From Auanema rhodensis (taxonomy: Eukaryota > Animalia > Nematoda): a stretch of 64,000 nt of DNA. The notes under the pieces are model-generated. The model saw only the letters and a list, made by a program, of their open reading frames with translations, made no database searches and was not told the DNA's origin. Both the position numbers and the translations under genes were made by a program. Positions 58,001-64,000 of the stretch are shown in pieces (the stretch's first letter is position 1; every line of letters begins with the position of its first letter). The stretch lies in the NCBI GenBank assembly GCA_964057225.1, contig CAXKVF010000075.1, positions 1 to 64,000 of the forward strand, in the 5' to 3' direction.

Positions 58001-59760
58001 GTTACCATGAACCAATATCAATAAAAATTTGTTTTTAGACTAATATGGACATGGGGAATCTAATTTTGAAAACCGCATCTCTTTATCTTTCACGTGAAGC
58101 GAGTTACATACCAAGTGCACATCACGTGTACATTTAATTAGCATAAATTAAAGTTCACGTGAATTTCAAAGTCATGGTTACCATGCACCAATATCAATAA
58201 AAATTTGTTTTTAGACTAATATGGATATGGGGAATCTAATTTTGAAAACCGCATCTCTTCATCTTTCACGTGAAGCGAGTTACATACCAAGTGCACATCA
58301 CGTGTACATTTAATTAGCATAAATTAAAGTTCACGTAAATTTCAAAGTCATGGTTACCATGCACCAATATCAATAAAAATTTGTTTTTAGACTAATATGG
58401 ACATGGGGAATCTAATTTTGAAAACCGCATCTCTTTATCTTTCACGTGAAGCGAGTTACATACCAAGTGCACATCACGTGTACATTTAATTAGCATAAAT
58501 TAAAGTTCACGTAAATTTCAAAGTCATGGTTACCATGCACCAATATCAATAAAAATTTGTTTTTAGACTAATATGGACATGGGGAATCTAATTTTGAAAA
58601 CCGCATCTCTTCATCTTTCACGTGAAGCGAGTTACATACCAAGTGCACATCACGTGTACATTTAATTAGCATAAATTAAAGTTCACGTAAATTTCAAAGT
58701 CATGGTTACCATGCACCAATATCAATAAAAATTTGTTTTTAGACTAATATGGACATGGGGAATCTAATTTTGAAAACCGCATCTCTTTATCTTTCACGTG
58801 AAGCGAGTTACATACCAAGTGCACATCACGTGTACATTTAATTAGCATAAATTAAAGTTCACGTAAATTTCAAAGTCATGGTTACCATGAACCAATATCA
58901 ATAAAAATTTGTTTTTAGACTAATATGGACATGGGGAATCTAATTTTGAAAACCGCATCTCTTTATCTTTCACGTGAAGCGAGTTACATACCAAGTGCAC
59001 ATCACGTGTACATTTAATTAGCATAAATTAAAGTTCACGTAAATTTCAAAGTCATGGTTACCATGCACCAATATCAATAAAAATTTGTTTTTAGACTAAT
59101 ATGGATATGGGGAATCTAATTTTGAAAACCGCATCTCTTCATCTTTCACGTGAAGCGAGTTACATACCAAGTGCACATCACGTGTACATTTAATTAGCAT
59201 AAATTAAAGTTCACGTAAATTTCAAAGTCATGGTTACCATGCACCAATATCAATAAAAATTTGTTTTTAGACTAATATGGACATGGGGAATCTAATTTTG
59301 AAAACCGCATCTCTTTATCTTTCACGTGAAGCGAGTTACATACCAAGTGCACATCACGTGTACATTTAATTAGCATAAATTAAAGTTCACGTAAATTTCA
59401 AAGTCATGGTTACCATGCACCAATATCAATAAAAATTTGTTTTTAGACTAATATGGACATGGGGAATCTAATTTTGAAAACCGCATCTCTTCATCTTTCA
59501 CGTGAAGCGAGTTACATACCAAGTGCACATCACGTGTACATTTAATTAGCATAAATTAAAGTTCACGTAAATTTCAAAGTCATGGTTACCATGCACCAAT
59601 ATCAATAAAAATTTGTTTTTAGACTAATATGGACATGGGGAATCTAATTTTGAAAACCGCATCTCTTTATCTTTCACGTGAAGCGAGTTACATACCAAGT
59701 GCACATCACGTGTACATTTAATTAGCATAAATTAAAGTTCACGTAAATTTCAAAGTCATG
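58001..59760. repeat. 5-monomer (880-bp) higher-order repeat, 2 copies
   Basis: C50T at 58226 and 59106, with a third at 56466 (1760 bp upstream); T84C at 58260/59140 and 58612/59492. Confidence 0.8.
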
Positions 59761-62700
59761 GTTACCATGAACCAATATCAATAAAAATTTGTTTTTAGAC
59801 TAATATGGACATGGGGAATCTAATTTTGAAAACCGCATCTCTTTATCTTTCACGTGAAGCGAGTTGCATACCAAGTGCACATCACGTGTACATTTAATTA
59901 GCATAAATTAAAGTTCACGTAACTTTCAAAGTCATGGTTACCATGCACCAATATCAATAAAAATTTGTTTTTAGACTAATATGGACATGGGGAATCTAAT
60001 TTTGAAAATCGCATCTCTTTATCTTTCACGTGAAGCGAGTTACATACCAAGTGCACATCACGTGTACATTTAATTAGCATAAATTAAAGTTCACGTAAAT
60101 TTCAAAGTCATGGTTACCAAGCACCAATATCAATACAAATTTGTTTTTAGACTAATATGGACATGGGGAATCTAATTTTGAAAACCGCATCTCTTTATCT
60201 TTCACGTGAAGCGAGTTACATACCAAGTGCACATCACGTGTACATTTAATTAGCATAAATTAAAGTTCACGTAAATTTCAAAGTCATGGTTACCATGAAC
60301 CAATATCAATAAAAATTTGTTTTTAGACTAATATGGACATGGGGAATCTAATTTTGAAAACCGCATCTCTTTATCTTTCACGTGAAGCGAGTTACATACC
60401 AAGTGCACATCACGTGTACATTTAATTAGCATAAATTAAAGTTCACGTAAATTTCAAAGTCATGGTTACCATGAACCAATATCAATAAAAATTTGTTTTT
60501 AGACTAATATGGACATGGGGAATCTAATTTTGAAAACCGCATCTCTTTATCTTTCACGTGAAGCGAGTTACATACCAAGTGCACATCACGTGTACATTTA
60601 ATTAGCATAAATTAAAGTTCACGTAACTTTCAAAGTCATGGTTACCATGCACCAATATCAATAAAAATTTGTTTTTAGACTAATATGGACATGGGGAATC
60701 TAATTTTGAAAACCGCATCTCTTTATCTTTCACGTGAAGCGAGTTACATACCAAGTGCACATCACGTGTACATTTAATTAGCATAAATTAAAGTTCACGT
60801 AAATTTCAAAGTCATGGTTACCATGCACCAATATCAATAAAAATTTGTTTTTAGACTAATATGGACATGGGGAATCTAATTTTGAAAACCGCATCTCTTT
60901 ATCTTTCACGTGAAGCGAGTTACATACCAAGTGCACATCACGTGTACATTTAATTAGCATAAATTAAAGTTCACGTAAATTTCAAAGTCATGGTTACCAT
61001 GAACCAATATCAATAAAAATTTGTTTTTAGACTAATATGGACATGGGGAATCTAATTTTGAAAACCGCATCTCTTTATCTTTCACGTGAAGCGAGTTACA
61101 TACCAAGTGCACATCACGTGTACATTTAATTAGCATAAATTAAAGTTCACGTAACTTTCAAAGTCATGGTTACCATGCACCAATATCAATAAAAATTTGT
61201 TTTTAGACTAATATGGACATGGGGAATCTAATTTTGAAAACCGCATCTCTTTATCTTTCACGTGAAGCGAGTTACATACCAAGTGCACATCACGTGTACA
61301 TTTAATTAGCATAAATTAAAGTTCACGTAAATTTCAAAGTCATGGTTACCATGCACCAATATCAATAAAAATTTGTTTTTAGACTAATATGGACATGGGG
61401 AATCTAATTTTGAAAACCGCATCTCTTCATCTTTCACGTGAAGCGAGTTACATACCAAGTGCACATCACGTGTACATTTAATTAGCATAAATTAAAGTTC
61501 ACGTAAATTTCAAAGTCATGGTTACCATGCACCAATATCAATAAAAATTTGTTTTTAGACTAATATGGACATGGGGAATCTAATTTTGAAAACCGCATCT
61601 CTTTATCTTTCACGTGAAGCGAGTTACATACCAAGTGCACATCACGTGTACATTTAATTAGCATAAATTAAAGTTCACGTAAATTTCAAAGTCATGGTTA
61701 CCATGAACCAATATCAATAAAAATTTGTTTTTAGACTAATATGGACATGGGGAATCTAAATTTGAAAACCGCATCTCTTTATCTTTCACGTGAAGCGAGT
61801 TACATACCAAGTGCACATCACGTGTACATTTAATTAGCATAAATTAAAGTTCACGTAAATTTCAAAGTCATGGTTACCATGCACCAATATCAATAAAAAT
61901 TTGTTTTTAGACTAATATGGACATGGGAAATCTAATTTTGAAAACCGCATCTCTTTATCTTTCAAGTGAAGCGAGTTACATACCAAGTGCACATCACGTG
62001 TACATTTAATTAGCATAAATTAAAGTTCACGTAAATTTCAAAGTCATGGTTACCATGAACCAATATCAATAAAAATTTGTTTTTAGACTAATATGGACAT
62101 GGGGAATCTAATTTTGAAAACCGCATCTCTTTATCTTTCACGTGAAGCGAGTTACATACCAAGAGCACATCACGTGTACATTTAATTAGCATAAATTAAA
62201 GTTCACGTAAATTTCAAAGTCATGGTTACCATGCACCAATATCAATAAAAATTTGTTTTTAAACTAATATGGACATGGGGAATCTAATTTTGAAAACCGC
62301 ATCTCTTTATCTTTCACGTGAAGCGAGTTACATACCAAGTGCACATCACGTGTACATTTAATTAGCATAAATTAAAGTTCACGTAAATTTCAAAGTCATG
62401 GTTACCATGAACCAATATCAATAAAAATTTGTTTTTAGACTTATATGGACATGGGGAATCTAAATTTGAAAACCGCATCTCTTTATCTTTCACGTGAAGC
62501 GAGTTACATACCAAGTGCACATCACGTGTACATTTAATTAGCATAAATTAAAGTTCACGTAACTTTCAAAGTCATGGTTACCATGCACCAATATCAATAA
62601 AAATTTGTTTTTAGACTAATATGGACATGGGGAATCTAATTTTGAAAACCGCATCTCTTTATCTTTCACGTGAAGCGAGTTACATACCAAGTGCACATCA

Positions 62701-64000
62701 CGTGTACATTTAATTAGCATAAATTAAAGTTCACGTAAATTTCAAAGTCATGGTTACCATGCACCAATATCAATAAAAATTTGTTTTTAGACTAATATGG
62801 ACATGGGGAATCTAATTTTGAAAACCGCATCTCTTTATCTTTCATGTGAAGCGAGTTACATACCAAGTGCACATCACGTGTACATTTAATTAGCATAAAT
62901 TAAAGTTCACGTAAATTTCAAAGTCATGGTTACCATGCACCAATATCAATAAAAATTTGTTTTTAGACTAATATGGACATGGGGAATCTAATTTTGAAAA
63001 CCGCATCTCTTTATCTTTCATGTGAAGCGAGTTACATACCAAGTGCACATCACGTGTACATTTAATTAGCATAAATTAAAGTTCACGTAAATTTCAAAGT
63101 CATGGTTACCATGAACCAATATCAATAAAAATTTGTTTTTAGACTAATATGGACATGGGGAATCTAATTTTGAAAACCGCATCTCTTTATCTTTCACGTG
63201 AAGCGAGTTACATACCAAGTGCACATCACGTGTACATTTAATTAGCATAAATTAAAGTTCACGTAAATTTCAAAGTCATGGTTACCATGCACCAATATCA
63301 ATAAAAATTTGTTTTTAAACTAATATGGACATGGGGAATCTAATTTTGAAAACCGCATCTCTTTATCTTTCACGTGAAGCGAGTTACATACCAAGTGCAC
63401 ATCACGTGTACATTTAATTAGCATAAATTAAAGTTCACGTAAATTTCAAAGTCATGGTTACCATGCACCAATATCAATAAAAATTTGTTTTTAGACTAAT
63501 ATGGACATGGGGAATCTAATTTTGAAAACCGCATCTCTTTATCTTTCACGTGAAGCGAGTTACATACCAAGTGCACATCACGTGTACATTTAATTAGCAT
63601 AAATTAAAGTTCACGTAAATTTCAAAGTCATGGTTACCATGAACCAATATCAATAAAAATTTGTTTTTAGACTAATATGGACATGGGGAATCTAATTTTG
63701 AAAACCGCATCTCTTTATCTTTCACGTGAAGCGAGTTACATACCAAGTGCACATCACGTGTACATTTAATTAGCATAAATTAAAGTTCACGTAAATTTCA
63801 AAGTCATGGTTACCATGAACCAATATCAATAAAAATTTGTTTTTAGACTAATATGGACATGGGGAATCTAATTTTGAAAACCGCATCTCTTTATCTTTCA
63901 CGTGAAGCGAGTTACATACCAAGTGCCCATCACGTGTACATTTAATTAGCATAAATTAAAGTTCACGTAAATTTCAAAGTCATGGTTACCATGCACCAAT

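Larger units (their letters stand above)
1..64000. repeat. 176-bp tandem satellite DNA array, head-to-tail, highly homogeneous, candidate (peri)centromeric satellite; runs off both window ends
   Basis: GTTACCATG recurs at 1, 177, 353 ... 7921 (1+45x176). After an 80-bp deletion it recurs at 8721, 9601, 62401 and 63985 (all 1+176n-80). The monomer has 56 G+C in 176 bp. The repeat is directly seen; the centromeric role is inferred. Confidence 0.99.

Noticed and set aside
1-64000. CRISPR array or other repeat-spacer system
   Set aside because: There are no unique spacers, the full 176 bp is repeated, and no cas or other genes are present.
1-64000. The pos-10 A/C series as an information-bearing code
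   Set aside because: The pattern tracks the duplication blocks defined by other SNPs, so duplication history explains it without invoking a code.

Overview
The whole window is one head-to-tail tandem satellite array of a 176-bp monomer (about 32% GC; 364 monomer registers plus 16 bp). All copies are in the same orientation and differ by only about 0-3 substitutions each. Consensus, taken as bases 1-176: GTTACCATG(A/C)ACCAATATCAATAAAAATTTGTTTTTAGACTAATATGGACATGGGGAATCTAATTTTGAAAACCGCATCTCTTTATCTTTCACGTGAAGCGAGTTACATACCAAGTGCACATCACGTGTACATTTAATTAGCATAAATTAAAGTTCACGTAAATTTCAAAGTCATG. I see no genes, RNA genes, transposon insertions, inversions or CRISPR array. The three 60-aa ORFs arise from a single stop-removing SNP. 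The only net length change is an 80-bp deletion at 8022/8023. Monomer length, AT richness and homogeneity suggest a eukaryotic centromeric or pericentromeric satellite core; this is inference, and I cannot name the species or family. Rare SNPs reveal hidden structure: local 2-, 3-, 4-, 5-, 8- and 16-monomer duplications nested in a roughly 23-28 kb super-repeat present about 2.5 times. The monomer carries a CENP-B-box-like 17-mer, three TCACGT motifs 32-33 bp apart and many short dyads. Variants were read by eye, so counts are approximate. I found no convincing new gene system; the most interesting signals are the array architecture and the motif content. 'pos' below means position within the monomer.
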